Part shown: positions 40,970-51,528 of the stretch, one piece after another
Numbering within the stretch: position 1 is the stretch's first letter
How the letters are laid out: each line of letters opens with the position of its first letter
Source: Nitrospinales bacterium
GTDB taxonomy: Bacteria; Nitrospinota; Nitrospinia; Nitrospinales; VA-1
NCBI GenBank assembly: GCA_965263085.1
Contig: OZ253582.1
Span: 925,848-989,847 of the forward strand
Length of the DNA: 64,000 bases
Direction of reading: 5' to 3'
Made by a program: the position numbers and the translations under genes
Notes under the pieces: generated by a model
The model's database searches: none
Told to the model about the DNA's origin: nothing
Seen by the model: the letters and a program-made list of their open reading frames with translations, nothing else

Positions 40970-42837
40970 TTACATGAATACGACAAACAATAGAATGATC
41001 ACCATGCCGACAACCATATTCAAAGCATAGGCACGCACTTTCCCCGATTGCCATAGGCTAATAACATAGCTCACCTCTTTCACCTGAAGCCCAACTTGAT
41101 CAACAGTAAGGTCTATACCTTCGCGTTCTGCTTTTTGTTCCATAAAGGCGCCTATGGCTTTTGTCGGACGCACGATCAAAAAATCATAAATCTCATCCAC
41201 ATAATACTTGTGAACAAGAGATCATAAAGTGGAGCCATCGCTTCCTTGATAAGGTTCATACGGTCCTTGCTCACCATATACAGTAAACCTGCAGTCGCGA
41301 TCCCGCCAATACCTGCTGCCAAAGCTATGGTCTCCAATACGTTATCATGGTGATGCTCGACAACACGTCCAAACACCGGTGCTAGAAAACTGTCTACCCA
41401 GGGCCCAAATAATCCGCTCAGCAAGGCCAAACCAGCCAGAACTACCAAAGGCACAACCATAATCATAGGTGATTCATGCGGATGCGCGCCCGGACTACGG
41501 AGTCCGCTTGGAAAGGTATAAAAATAAACCCGGAAAATATAAAACGCCGTCATGCCCGCGGTCAACACTGCGATCGCCCAAAAAATAATGTTTCCCATCT
41601 CAGCATAGTAAGAACTCAAAATGATAGCCTCTTTACTGAAATAACCACTGGTCAACGGAAACCCGGCCAACGCCAAGGCGCCAATTAGAAAAGTCGCGTG
41701 AGTGAACGGCATGACACTTTGCAACCCGCCCATTTTTCGAATGTCCTGTTCACCGTCCAGCGAATGAATCACGCTACCCGCCGCGAGAAAAAGTAATGCC
41801 TTGAAAAAAGCGTGGGTCATCAAATGAAACATGCCCAAGCTGTAAACCCCGATGCCAACAGCCAGGAACATATAACCTAATTGGCTCATGGTAGAATAGG
41901 CGATCACGCGTTTGATATCGTATTGAACCATTCCTATCGACCCAGCAAAGATCGCTGTGAGAACCCCCACCCCGGCAATAAAATACATGGTATAGGGAGC
42001 CAACTCATACAGCACATGGCAGCGTGCTATCAAATAAACTCCTGCCGTAACCATCGTCGCAGCGTGTATCAACGCACTGACGGGAGTTGGGCCTTCCATC
42101 GCGTCCGGCAACCAGGTGTGGAGAGGCAGCTGTGCGGATTTTGCAAACGCACCTACCAGCAACAACAAGGTGATCAAAAGCATGGTGTCGTCATTGGGAC
42201 GGAACATACCCGGTGCGGCTGCAAACACATCTACAAAGCTCAACGTTCCAAACGACTCAAAAATAACAAAAGCGCCGATAACCATCCCAACATCACCAAT
42301 CACGTTCATGATAAAGGCTTTGCGGGCAGCAAGCACGGCACTGGTTTTTTCACGCCAGAACCCGATCAACAAATAAGACGCAAGCCCGACCAGCGCCCAA
42401 CCGACAATCAGGAAAAAGAAGTCGGCTGCCGCAACCAACACTAGCATGGAAAAAATAAACAGGTTTAAATAGGAGAAAAATCGTGCGTATTCTGGATCAT
42501 CACGCATATAACCAACAGAGTAAACATGAATCACAAATCCGACACCGGTAACGATCAGGAACATGAACACCGATAGCGGATCTACAAGGATCGCCATATC
42601 TAACTTGAACGACCCCGCTGACACCCACTGATAAAGAGTCTGAACATGCCCGATCCTTTCTTCCGGCGGCAAAAATAAAAGATTGCTCAACGTCACCAGC
42701 GTCATAAAAAAGGACGCTCCCACGGTTCCGCAACCGACGACTCCAGCCAGTTGCGTGGGGATTCGGTTTCCGTACCAACTCAGGCCAATAAACCCGAGAA
42801 GAGGAAACAAAAGTATGAACCAGCTACTTACGAACAA
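40970..42837 (-). pseudogene. nuoL: NADH-quinone oxidoreductase subunit L, reading frame broken near 41190..41205
   Basis: ORF 41176..42837 (553 aa) is NuoL up to ..APLYDLLF and then runs into TSIMWMRFMIF*. The -1 frame continues HKYYVDEIYDFLIVRP.. (ORF 40970..41200), i.e. the conserved KYY[FV]DEIYD box, lateral helix and last TM. Two bases (AC) are left between the frames. Confidence 0.85.
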
Positions 42838-42841
42838 AAGA

Positions 42842-43141
42842 TTATCCTTTCAACATATCAATATGGTCCACATCTATCTCATGACGGGTGCGAAAAATAG
42901 TCAGAATGATCGCCAATCCCACCACCACTTCCGCTGCCGCAACGGTCATGACCATCAGGGCAAAAACCTGACCATCCAGCGAGTTCAGGAAACTGGAATA
43001 AGTGACCAGCAAAAAGTTCACTGAGTTGAGCATCAACTCAACAGACATGAACATGATGAGAGGATTCTTGCGAATGACAAACCCCGCTACTCCGACACAG
43101 AAAATAGAGGCGCTGATTAACAAAACAAATTGCTCACCCAT
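42842..43141 (-). CDS. nuoK: NADH-quinone oxidoreductase subunit K
   Basis: ATG at 43141 is preceded by GAGG, giving a 99-aa protein with 3 TM helices (FMSVELMLNSVNF). The listed start 43192 would overlap nuoJ by 49 nt. Confidence 0.92.
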   Translation of the reverse strand: MGEQFVLLISASIFCVGVAGFVIRKNPLIMFMSVELMLNSVNFLLVTYSSFLNSLDGQVFALMVMTVAAAEVVVGLAIILTIFRTRHEIDVDHIDMLKG

Positions 43142-43143
43142 AA

Positions 43144-43689
43144 TTACCTCGCGCGCCTCCTCAAAGGGGCAAAAGAAAATTTTGCCAGACAAATCACACC
43201 CACCGCCGCAACTAAAAGGAGACCCGAAGCCAACTCAAATGCCACAATATGTTTTGAAAATAATTCAAGACCAATGGCTTTGGCAGTACCAAACATTTCA
43301 GCAGGAATTTCACCTTGAACCTGCTTAGTCAACCCTACAGTAGCTGACAGATACAATTCCCCTAGCAAAGTGAATACAAAAGCGAGGGTCATAGATCGGT
43401 GGAAAGAATTTTCTTGAATTTCTTTTTTACCACCGAGAAGCGCAATGATGAACAAAAACAGAATCATCACCGCTCCGGCATAAACAATGATCTGGACCGC
43501 TGCCAGAAATTCTGCGTTATAAAGGAGGAACAAAAGGGCCAGACAAATCATGTGGCCGATCAAGTACAAGGCACTGTAGATCGGTGAGGAGCACAAAATG
43601 ACCCCCAAGCTGGCAAGGACAGCCGTCATCCCCACCACCAAAATCACCGCATCGCGCGTGAAGTCAAATACCGTAGTGATTTCCAACAC
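43144..43689 (-). CDS. nuoJ: NADH-quinone oxidoreductase subunit J
   Basis: Contains the NAEFLAAVQIIVYAGAVMILFLF motif. The start is placed at GTG 43689, 7 nt after AAGAGGAG. The listed TTG 43713 lies in a hairpin loop, so the start remains uncertain. Confidence 0.88.
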   Translation of the reverse strand: MLEITTVFDFTRDAVILVVGMTAVLASLGVILCSSPIYSALYLIGHMICLALLFLLYNAEFLAAVQIIVYAGAVMILFLFIIALLGGKKEIQENSFHRSMTLAFVFTLLGELYLSATVGLTKQVQGEIPAEMFGTAKAIGLELFSKHIVAFELASGLLLVAAVGVICLAKFSFAPLRRRAR

Positions 43690-43705
43690 TAACCTGCTCC
43701 TCTTG

Positions 43706-43719
43706 CCCCGCAAACGGGG
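43706..43719. other. GC-rich hairpin immediately upstream of the nuoJ ribosome-binding site
   Basis: CCCCG-CAAA-CGGGG: a 5-bp G/C stem with a 4-nt loop, inside the unusually long nuoI-nuoJ spacer. Confidence 0.5.
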
Positions 43720-43898
43720 ATTTATAAGAGCCCTCTACCACTGGCGTGGGGCCAACGAGCAATGGCCCACAATCAAAAACAAACTCTTTAAGGAGCTAAA
43801 AAAAACATCTAAGTCGCAAGCGATCACAGGCATCTTCGAAACAATTTTTTCCCGCCAACAAAAGTTATTGCTCACTGCCATCGGCGGCTATACCAGAA

Positions 43899-44393
43899 CT
43901 ATTTGCCGATCCGTTCCGTATTACCTAGAATATCGACACGGAACTGGTTTGGCTCCGGGTAAACCAGCAGATCCTGTTTCTCTGCGATATAATTATCACG
44001 GTCATAATCCGCCAGTTCATAATGCTCGCGCAGAACCACAGCATCTACCGGACAGGCCTCCTCACAATACCCGCAGTAGATACATCGCAGAAGGTTGATC
44101 TCATAAACCTCTGCGTAGCGCTCGCCCTTGGAGACCGGATTATCCGGGTCATTCTCTGCCGAAACAACATGAATACACCCCACCGGGCAATTGATAGAAC
44201 ACAAGGAGCATCCCACACACCGTTCCAACCCGTCCTTATCACGGTTCAGGAAATGTCTTCCCCGATAACGCTTGGGCATGGTTCGCTTGATTTCGGGGTA
44301 CTGCAGTGTGACCGGCGTGGTCAACATATTCCGGAACGTGACCCCCATTCCAATCAAAAGATTTTTTATCCCATCAAAAGTTGATTGCAACAT
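43899..44393 (-). CDS. nuoI: NADH-quinone oxidoreductase subunit I
   Basis: 164 aa with two 4Fe-4S motifs, CVGCSLCSINCP and CIYCGYCEEACP. Confidence 0.96.
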   Translation of the reverse strand: MLQSTFDGIKNLLIGMGVTFRNMLTTPVTLQYPEIKRTMPKRYRGRHFLNRDKDGLERCVGCSLCSINCPVGCIHVVSAENDPDNPVSKGERYAEVYEINLLRCIYCGYCEEACPVDAVVLREHYELADYDRDNYIAEKQDLLVYPEPNQFRVDILGNTERIGK

Positions 44394-44404
44394 AGCTCAT
44401 CCTC

Positions 44405-45457
44405 TCAGAGAAACCAGACCACCTTCACTGTGCCGGTGAACATAAGATTCAACAAACATAATGGCAGTAAAACTTTCCATCCAAATGTCATCAGTCGGTC
44501 ATAACGAATACGGGGAAACGTTGATCGCAACCAGATGAACACACACAGCAGAAAAATTACTTTGGCGGCAAATGCCACAATCGGCCAAACTGACAGACCG
44601 TAAGCGTTCCATCCACCGAGGAACAAAAGCGTCACCAACGCGCTCATGGTCACCATATTGATGTACTCGCCCATGAAAAACATGGCAAATTTCATACCCG
44701 TATATTCCGTATGAAAACCAGCCACCAACTCCTGCTCCGCTTCTGGTAGATCAAAAGGAGCCCGGTTGGTCTCCGCAATACCGGCAATAAAAAACAATAA
44801 AAATGCTAACGGCTGAACAAGAATAAACGGATAAGCTTCCTGGGCTCGAACTATATCTACCAGACTCAGGGAACCAGTGAGCAGGATGACGCTCAACGCC
44901 GAAAGCCCTAGCGTCAACTCATAACTGATCATCTGGGCAGAAGAACGTAGGCCGCCCATCAACGAATATTTATTGTTAGATGATAATCCGGCAATAACCA
45001 TACCATAAATACCCATGCCTGAAATCGCAAACACGAACAAAATTCCGCTGTTCACATTAGCTCCCCATAACTCAATGTTCTGACCGAACACCTCGAAAGG
45101 CTCACCAAAAGGAATCACCGAAAACCCGACAATCGCTGTAATCACCACCACCGCTGGTGCGAGGTGAAATAAAAACTTGTCTGCCGAAGTCTGAATGATG
45201 GATTCCTTGAACAACAACTTAACCGTATCCGCTATCGGCTGGCCAAAACCAAAAGGTCCGACCCGGTTCGGACCTAGGCGCACTTGAAACCGGCCCATCA
45301 AACGTCGTTCCAGCCAGACCAGCGCAGGGACCACCAACATAATACCTACCGCAATGGCCACAGCCTTGACGCTACCCACGATCAGAGGGCTATTCTCATT
45401 CAGAAATAGAACAACAGAATCCCAAGTCATATTTAATATTTCAGTGACCCAGTCCAA
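44405..45457 (-). CDS. nuoH: NADH-quinone oxidoreductase subunit H
   Basis: 350 aa polytopic protein with RLGPNRVGPFGFGQPIADTVKL and AETNRAPFDLPEAEQELVAG motifs. Confidence 0.96.
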   Translation of the reverse strand: MDWVTEILNMTWDSVVLFLNENSPLIVGSVKAVAIAVGIMLVVPALVWLERRLMGRFQVRLGPNRVGPFGFGQPIADTVKLLFKESIIQTSADKFLFHLAPAVVVITAIVGFSVIPFGEPFEVFGQNIELWGANVNSGILFVFAISGMGIYGMVIAGLSSNNKYSLMGGLRSSAQMISYELTLGLSALSVILLTGSLSLVDIVRAQEAYPFILVQPLAFLLFFIAGIAETNRAPFDLPEAEQELVAGFHTEYTGMKFAMFFMGEYINMVTMSALVTLLFLGGWNAYGLSVWPIVAFAAKVIFLLCVFIWLRSTFPRIRYDRLMTFGWKVLLPLCLLNLMFTGTVKVVWFL

Positions 45458-45504
45458 ACGTTAACCGCTCCAAAAATATTTACCATTTTCCAATTAACCC
45501 AATT

Positions 45505-48006
45505 CTAAACTTTTCTAACTTCTACCCATGCCGAGCCACCATCAGCACCGATCAAGCCGTTCACTCCCTGCCAATCCGAAACTCTGGGCACCACCACACC
45601 GCCAGATTGGCAACGGTTGTTGACACTCGCAGTAGCTTTCAGTGTGACATCTTGAGCAGAAAGCAGAACCGTGTCGCCATTCTGAATGCCGAGTTTCTTC
45701 GCGTCTTTCTCATTCAAATGCGCGGTGGAAGGTAAAAAGTGATGCGCCAGTTTCGAGGAGGCATCAAGAATTTTGTTATCCGAAAACAGGAACGTGGCCA
45801 CACGAAGCCGGAGGTTTCCGTCTTTCCCTGAACTGGCTAATTGTTCAGCAATCTTTTCTTCAGCCGAAGTAACAGGTTCTCGGTCGCACCCGACTTTACC
45901 CAATGACCTTCTGCTAATCTCCTGATAACCTGGAACTTTTCGGGCAATCTCATCGGTCACATCCAAAACCTTTTGGTAATCAGTTTCATCTCCCAGCGCA
46001 TTGAGCATCAGGTTGATGATTTTCCAGTCCGGAGCATGGGAAGTTTCCAAGGCTTTTTTTCTCGCCTGCACCCGGCCTCCAATATTCGTAGTAGTGCCTT
46101 CATCATAACCCGGGCCATTTGAAGGGAGAACGAGGTGCGCCAACTCAGTCGTTTCGGTTTCCAACATGTCATGCACCACCAGTAGATCCAGCTTCTTCAA
46201 AGAGTTCGCAACTTGTAATCCTCCGGGAAAATCTACCATCGGATTAGAACGGTGAATTAGCAGAGCTTTTAATTCACCTGATTCAGCACGGGCAATCATT
46301 TCCAATGCGGAAAGACCCTTGGTAGTCGGGGTATTTTCTCCCCACTGTTTTTTGATTTCGTCTTGGTCTGTCACTGGCACTCCACCAGGATAAAAACCGG
46401 GAAGCAAACCCATGTCCATGGCACCCACCGCATTGGTCATCGGGGCCGCAGGAATGGCACCGCATTCCATGGTTGGGACTTTGGCGATCAATTTCAGCAG
46501 ACGCTTTACCCGCAAAACTGCGTCACCGGAAAGAGCCGATGGATTGTACACCACGCAGATTTTCATGCTGGAGCGCACCGTCTCGACCAAGGCCTTCATG
46601 TCTTCCGCAGAGACTCCGGTTTGGTCAGCATCTTTAGCTGGAGCAGGCTCCCCCAACTCTAGAGCCAGGCCATTAGCCAAAGCATCGATGGCCGAGGCTT
46701 CAGAACCCACCTTGTATTGTACAGATTGGGAAGAGTATTTATCCAGCGCGATTTTTTGATCGTTCAGGATCACCAATCGGCTTCCACAACCAGTTACTGC
46801 TTTTTTGATGCGAAGATCAAGAATGGGTAATTCCTCTGTCGGATCGCTGGCGATCAACAGCACCACATTGGCAGTTTCAATCTGCTCAACCCCATAATGG
46901 TCAATCGGAAGACCCGGTGTATCCTGGTAAAACTTATGGTCAATATTGTTTGAGCTCAGACCTTGGCGGAATAATTTCTGGTAAAGATAACTTTCCTCGT
47001 TGGTAGCATAAGGAGACCCGATGAACCCAACGCTTTCGGGCCCGTGTTCTTCAACGATTTTTTTAAACGCCTCGGCCACTTTCCTCGCAGCATCCTGAAT
47101 GGTGTAATCATGAGGAACAGTCGGAAAAGAAGTTGGCTTGCCGCCACCCATACTGTTTTCCAGGACAGTGATAATTTTATTTTTGCTGTGCATAAACTGG
47201 TGACCCCAGCGCGCCTTATCGCAAATCCAGCCATCGTCCACTGCGTCATTGGGACGCGCCTCAATACGCATAAGCTCATTAAGCCGGGTACCCATCGTAA
47301 TATTACAGTTGCAACCGCAATGAGCACAAAGCGTTTCTGTATTGGTCAAATCCCAAGTCCTGGCCTTAAAACGAAAGTCTGTGTTAGTCAATGCACCAAC
47401 CGGGCAAATATCTATGACATTCCCGGAGAAACGGTTGTCATAAGGTTCATTATTAAATGTACCGACCTCGTTATAAAAACCACGGTTAAGCATGACCAGT
47501 CCGCGACCCTGTTCAATGCGTTCGCTATAAGCGGTACATCGCTGGCAGGCAATACAACGCTCCCGGTCAATAGTGATAACTGGACTGAGCGGAGTCGCCT
47601 TGGAGTTGTTAGCACGGTGAAACTCCATACGAGTATCCGGCGGACCGTACTTGAAGGTGTTATCCTGCAACGGGCATTCGCCACCCTTGTCACAAACCGG
47701 GCAATCAAGAGGATGGTTGAGCAGCGTAAATTCTAGAACACCTTTCTGCGCTTTTTCCACCTTGTCGGTGGTAGTTTTGACCACCATATCCGGCATGACA
47801 TCCATCGTGCAGGCTGTCATCAGTTTCGGCATCTTCTCGACTTCCACCAAGCACATCCTGCAACAACCAAGCGGGCCGATCTTCTCGTGATAGCAAAAAA
47901 CAGGGATGTCTACATCGACATGCCTGGCGGCATCCACCACTTTAGTGCCTTTGGGAACCGTCACCGATTTCCCATCAATCGTCAAAGTTATTTTATTGTC
48001 GGACAT
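45505..48006 (-). CDS. nuoG: NADH-quinone oxidoreductase subunit G
   Basis: 833 aa, with an N-terminal 2Fe-2S ferredoxin fold (CYHEK..GCCRMC), a His/Cys cluster (HPLDCPVCDKGGEC), 4Fe-4S (CIACQRC) and a molybdopterin-like domain. Confidence 0.95.
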   Translation of the reverse strand: MSDNKITLTIDGKSVTVPKGTKVVDAARHVDVDIPVFCYHEKIGPLGCCRMCLVEVEKMPKLMTACTMDVMPDMVVKTTTDKVEKAQKGVLEFTLLNHPLDCPVCDKGGECPLQDNTFKYGPPDTRMEFHRANNSKATPLSPVITIDRERCIACQRCTAYSERIEQGRGLVMLNRGFYNEVGTFNNEPYDNRFSGNVIDICPVGALTNTDFRFKARTWDLTNTETLCAHCGCNCNITMGTRLNELMRIEARPNDAVDDGWICDKARWGHQFMHSKNKIITVLENSMGGGKPTSFPTVPHDYTIQDAARKVAEAFKKIVEEHGPESVGFIGSPYATNEESYLYQKLFRQGLSSNNIDHKFYQDTPGLPIDHYGVEQIETANVVLLIASDPTEELPILDLRIKKAVTGCGSRLVILNDQKIALDKYSSQSVQYKVGSEASAIDALANGLALELGEPAPAKDADQTGVSAEDMKALVETVRSSMKICVVYNPSALSGDAVLRVKRLLKLIAKVPTMECGAIPAAPMTNAVGAMDMGLLPGFYPGGVPVTDQDEIKKQWGENTPTTKGLSALEMIARAESGELKALLIHRSNPMVDFPGGLQVANSLKKLDLLVVHDMLETETTELAHLVLPSNGPGYDEGTTTNIGGRVQARKKALETSHAPDWKIINLMLNALGDETDYQKVLDVTDEIARKVPGYQEISRRSLGKVGCDREPVTSAEEKIAEQLASSGKDGNLRLRVATFLFSDNKILDASSKLAHHFLPSTAHLNEKDAKKLGIQNGDTVLLSAQDVTLKATASVNNRCQSGGVVVPRVSDWQGVNGLIGADGGSAWVEVRKV

Positions 48007-48013
48007 AATTGCC

Positions 48014-49270
48014 TTAAACCAAACTTACCGGTACGTTTTTAAAATATTCTTCATAGTCAGAGCGGAAATGCTTGATGCTGCTCACAACAGGAGACACACA
48101 GGCATCAGCAAGTGGGCAGAAGGTATTCATCGCCATGTTGTCGCAAATATCTTCCATCTTTTCGATATATTCCAACTGTCCCTTGTTCTGCATGATCCGT
48201 TCAACAATCTGGTAGAGCCAGCGGGTACCTTCCCGGCATGGCGTACATTTACCGCACGATTCATGCATATAAAAGCTGATCAGTCGCAGCGTGACTTCAA
48301 CAATATTGACTTGGTTGTCAATAACGATCAACGCTCCCGACCCCAGCATGGTGCCTGCCGCCGCCAACGATTCATAATCATAACCAACATCCACCTGACC
48401 AGCAGGAAGCATGGGGACCGACGAGCCACCGGGTATAAATGCTTTCAGTTCGTTGTCATCGCGGATTCCTCCAGCCATGTCATAGATGATTTCCCGAGTC
48501 GAGATGCCCAACACCACTTCATAGTTTCCTGGTTTTTTCACATGCCCGGAAACGCTGACCAGCTTGGTGCCTTTGCTTTTTTCAGTTCCCATCGAAGCAT
48601 ATTTTTCCGCACCCTCATTGACGATATAAGGAATCACGCACAAGGTTTCGACATTATTGATAACTGTCGGCTTGGCGTACAAACCTTCAACAGCAGGGAA
48701 AGGAGGTTTCATTCTCGGCTCACCCCGCCCACCTTCGAGAGAATTGAGTAGCGCCGATTCCTCACCACAGATATAAGCTCCGGCACCAAGATGGGTATGA
48801 ATTCTCAAATTAAACCCGCTCCCTAAAATATTTTTTCCCAGATAACCTTTGGCACGCGCCTCTTCAAGGGCTTTGTCCATAATGAGACTCAAGTCATGGA
48901 ACTCCCCGCGCAAATAAATGTATCCGGTTTCGATTCGACAAGCGTAAGAGCAGAGAATCATCCCCTCAATCAGCATATGTGGATTTTTGAGTAAAAGTTC
49001 CCGATCCTTACAGGTTCCCGGTTCCGACTCATCGGCGTTGCAACAGAGATAACGAGGGAACACATCCTTGGCGAGAAAACTCCATTTCAGCCCTGTCGGG
49101 AAACCGGCACCGCCGCGCCCGCGTAAGCCAGAAGCCTTGACCGCATCAACAATCTCTTCCGGTTTCTGGACGAAGGCTTTCTTTAAGGACTGATAGCCGC
49201 CCTGCTCTTCGTAGACCTTCATAGTATGAAGGTCCTTCATATCTATATTTTTAAAAAGAATCTGTGTCAT
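48014..49270 (-). CDS. nuoF: NADH-quinone oxidoreductase subunit F
   Basis: 418 aa, with the GLRGRGGAGFPTG FMN/NADH motif and ESCGKCTPCREG N3-cluster motif. Confidence 0.97.
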   Translation of the reverse strand: MTQILFKNIDMKDLHTMKVYEEQGGYQSLKKAFVQKPEEIVDAVKASGLRGRGGAGFPTGLKWSFLAKDVFPRYLCCNADESEPGTCKDRELLLKNPHMLIEGMILCSYACRIETGYIYLRGEFHDLSLIMDKALEEARAKGYLGKNILGSGFNLRIHTHLGAGAYICGEESALLNSLEGGRGEPRMKPPFPAVEGLYAKPTVINNVETLCVIPYIVNEGAEKYASMGTEKSKGTKLVSVSGHVKKPGNYEVVLGISTREIIYDMAGGIRDDNELKAFIPGGSSVPMLPAGQVDVGYDYESLAAAGTMLGSGALIVIDNQVNIVEVTLRLISFYMHESCGKCTPCREGTRWLYQIVERIMQNKGQLEYIEKMEDICDNMAMNTFCPLADACVSPVVSSIKHFRSDYEEYFKNVPVSLV

Positions 49271-49273
49271 GCC

Positions 49274-49750
49274 TCAGTCCAAAGAATCGAGAATCTGGTC
49301 GATGCGTTGCTCGGTCAAATCCCCATAGTAAATATCGTTGATGCGCATCATCGGCGCATTCGTACAATCTGCCAGACACTCTTCCCGGTGCAGAGTGAAC
49401 TTTTCGTCCAAGGTCGTTTCGCCCACCTTGATATTAAGTTTTTTAGCAATGTACTCAAGCAGTTTGTCGCAACCATTCAACTGGCAACTGATATTGATGC
49501 AAAAAAGGATCATGTATTTCCCGACTTTCTCGGTGTGGTACATCGTGTAAAACGACATGACCGACTGCACATAGGCCGGCGAGCAATCCAGCTTTTCACT
49601 AATCGCCACCATAGCCTCTGGTGACACCACCCTCTCGGCACGCTGGACCAGGGTTAGCAAAGGCAACATTGCTGACTTCTTAAAAGGATATTTCGATAAA
49701 ATACCCGCAATTTCCTTTTCCTGATTTTCAGAAAACGTGAATCCAGACAT
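49274..49750 (-). CDS. nuoE: NADH-quinone oxidoreductase subunit E
   Basis: 158 aa thioredoxin-like 2Fe-2S subunit, with the cysteines in CINISCQL... and ECLADCTNAP. Confidence 0.95.
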   Translation of the reverse strand: MSGFTFSENQEKEIAGILSKYPFKKSAMLPLLTLVQRAERVVSPEAMVAISEKLDCSPAYVQSVMSFYTMYHTEKVGKYMILFCINISCQLNGCDKLLEYIAKKLNIKVGETTLDEKFTLHREECLADCTNAPMMRINDIYYGDLTEQRIDQILDSLD

Positions 49751-49789
49751 TAATAAATTTCCTATTTAAAAATTCTTCCGCTTTTACGG

Positions 49790-50989
49790 CTAGCGGTCGA
49801 CCTCACCCATAACAATATCGATACTGCCAATAATGCCCACCACATCGGCGATATAACAGCCCTCCATCATTTTGCACATGCCGGGAATTGCCATGAACGA
49901 AGGTGCCCGCAGCTTGACCCGATAAGGAACATTGGTACCATCGCTGACAATATAAAACCCCACCTCACCTCTTGCCCCTTCGATAGGCACATAGGTCTCG
50001 CCTTTCGGGACACTGATTCCCTCAGATACCAGTTTAAAATGATGGATCAACGCTTCCATACTGGTGTGTAAGGTTTCTCGGGCCGGCAAAGAAACTTTAT
50101 TGTCCGGCGTTTTATAACCACCACCCGGAAGCCTTTCCATAGCTTGCTTGATAATAACCCGGCTCTGGCGCATCTCTTCAACTCGCACTCGGTAGCGGTC
50201 ATAGATATCCCCGTTATTTTGAATGGGAACATCGAAACTATAATTGTCATAACCACTGTAGGGTTGGGATTTACGAATATCCCAGTTCACTCCGGAGGCC
50301 CTCAATGCCGGCCCACTCAAACTCCAGTTGATCGCTTCTTCCCGGGTGAACACACCGACACCCTCAGTTCGGTCCAGCCAGATCGGGTTTTTCGTCAATA
50401 ATCTTTCATACTCATCGACCTTAGACGGAAAATAGTCGATGAAATCCCGGATGCCATCGAGCCAAGGCCGAGTCGCGTCTTTTGCCACACCACCAACACG
50501 AATATAACTGGTCATCATACGTACGCCGGAAATTTCCTCATTAAGGTCGAGGATCATCTCGCGCTCGCGCCAACAATACAGGAAGACCGTCATGGCGCCA
50601 ATGTCCAAAGCATGTGTGCCCAGCCAAACCAGATGGCTGGCAATCCGGGACAACTCACACATGATAACTCTAAGTGCGTTGGCCCGTTCGGGGATCTCAA
50701 TGCCCAGCAGTTTTTCCGTCGACAGGCAGAAGGCTAGATTATTGCCCGGTGGATTGAGGTAGTCCAAGCGATCAGTCATGGGGATGACGTGAACGTATCT
50801 TTTATTTTCCGAAGTTTTTTCGATGCCAGTGTGCAGGTAGCCGATTTCCGGCTCAGCGGTCTGCACCACTTCGCCATCCATTTCAAGAATCAGGCGGAAG
50901 ACCCCGTGGGTGCTCGGGTGCTGGGGCCCCATGTTCAGGGTCATCGTATCTTTATTGCGCTCCAGCAGTCCTTGTTCAGTTACGCTCAC
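49790..50989 (-). CDS. nuoD: NADH-quinone oxidoreductase subunit D
   Basis: 399 aa, with LNMGPQHPSTHGV, GYLHTGIEK and the C-terminal DIVMGEVDR. Confidence 0.97.
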   Translation of the reverse strand: MSVTEQGLLERNKDTMTLNMGPQHPSTHGVFRLILEMDGEVVQTAEPEIGYLHTGIEKTSENKRYVHVIPMTDRLDYLNPPGNNLAFCLSTEKLLGIEIPERANALRVIMCELSRIASHLVWLGTHALDIGAMTVFLYCWREREMILDLNEEISGVRMMTSYIRVGGVAKDATRPWLDGIRDFIDYFPSKVDEYERLLTKNPIWLDRTEGVGVFTREEAINWSLSGPALRASGVNWDIRKSQPYSGYDNYSFDVPIQNNGDIYDRYRVRVEEMRQSRVIIKQAMERLPGGGYKTPDNKVSLPARETLHTSMEALIHHFKLVSEGISVPKGETYVPIEGARGEVGFYIVSDGTNVPYRVKLRAPSFMAIPGMCKMMEGCYIADVVGIIGSIDIVMGEVDR

Positions 50990-50997
50990 GGATCGCC

Positions 50998-51528
50998 CTA
51001 ACGAGTCGGTGGTTTAGATTTGACCAAATCACTTTTAAAGTCCCGGTTATGCGAGAAAGTGACGGTCTCTGTGGTCAACGGGTAATCTTTTCTAAGCGGG
51101 TAGCCCGCCCACTCTTTCGGCATGATCAATCGTTCATTTTTAGGATGCCCTTCGACGTGGATTCCAAACATATCAAACAGTTCCTGCTCCGGGTATAACG
51201 CTCCCTTCCACAATTCGGAGACAGTGGGCACAGAAGGGTTCTCTTCATCTATACCGACACGGACACGAATGGAATGCTGATGGTCGATGGAATAAAGCTG
51301 GTAAACTGCTTCGAAGCGAGGGTCACGTTCTTCATTGAGATAGTCCACCCCGCGCACATCAGACAGGTAATCGAATTTCAGGAACGGATCGTCCTTGAGG
51401 AAAGCCGCCACCTTTTGCAGGCAGTAGGGAGCCACAAAGATCACTGCATCGCCCTGAGGCAAAGCCGTACCCTGAATGGCGTCGGCAAGGCCCGCCTTCA
51501 CTTTCTCGACAATTTCCTCACTCGTCAT
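50998..51528 (-). CDS. nuoC: NADH-quinone oxidoreductase subunit C
   Basis: 176 aa, with the P...[23 protein letters not shown] and RKDYPL motifs of the 30-kDa subunit. Confidence 0.93.
   Translation of the reverse strand: MTSEEIVEKVKAGLADAIQGTALPQGDAVIFVAPYCLQKVAAFLKDDPFLKFDYLSDVRGVDYLNEERDPRFEAVYQLYSIDHQHSIRVRVGIDEENPSVPTVSELWKGALYPEQELFDMFGIHVEGHPKNERLIMPKEWAGYPLRKDYPLTTETVTFSHNRDFKSDLVKSKPPTR

Noticed and set aside
41881-42444. 187-aa plus-strand ORF antisense to nuoL; similar ORFs at 43598..44098, 7943..8464 and 22964..23455
   Set aside because: They sit inside conserved genes on the opposite strand, with biased His/Arg/Gln-rich composition and no motifs.
47044-48751. 230-aa and 281-aa plus-strand ORFs antisense to nuoG and nuoF
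   Set aside because: These are shadow frames of strongly conserved genes, with no recognisable domains.
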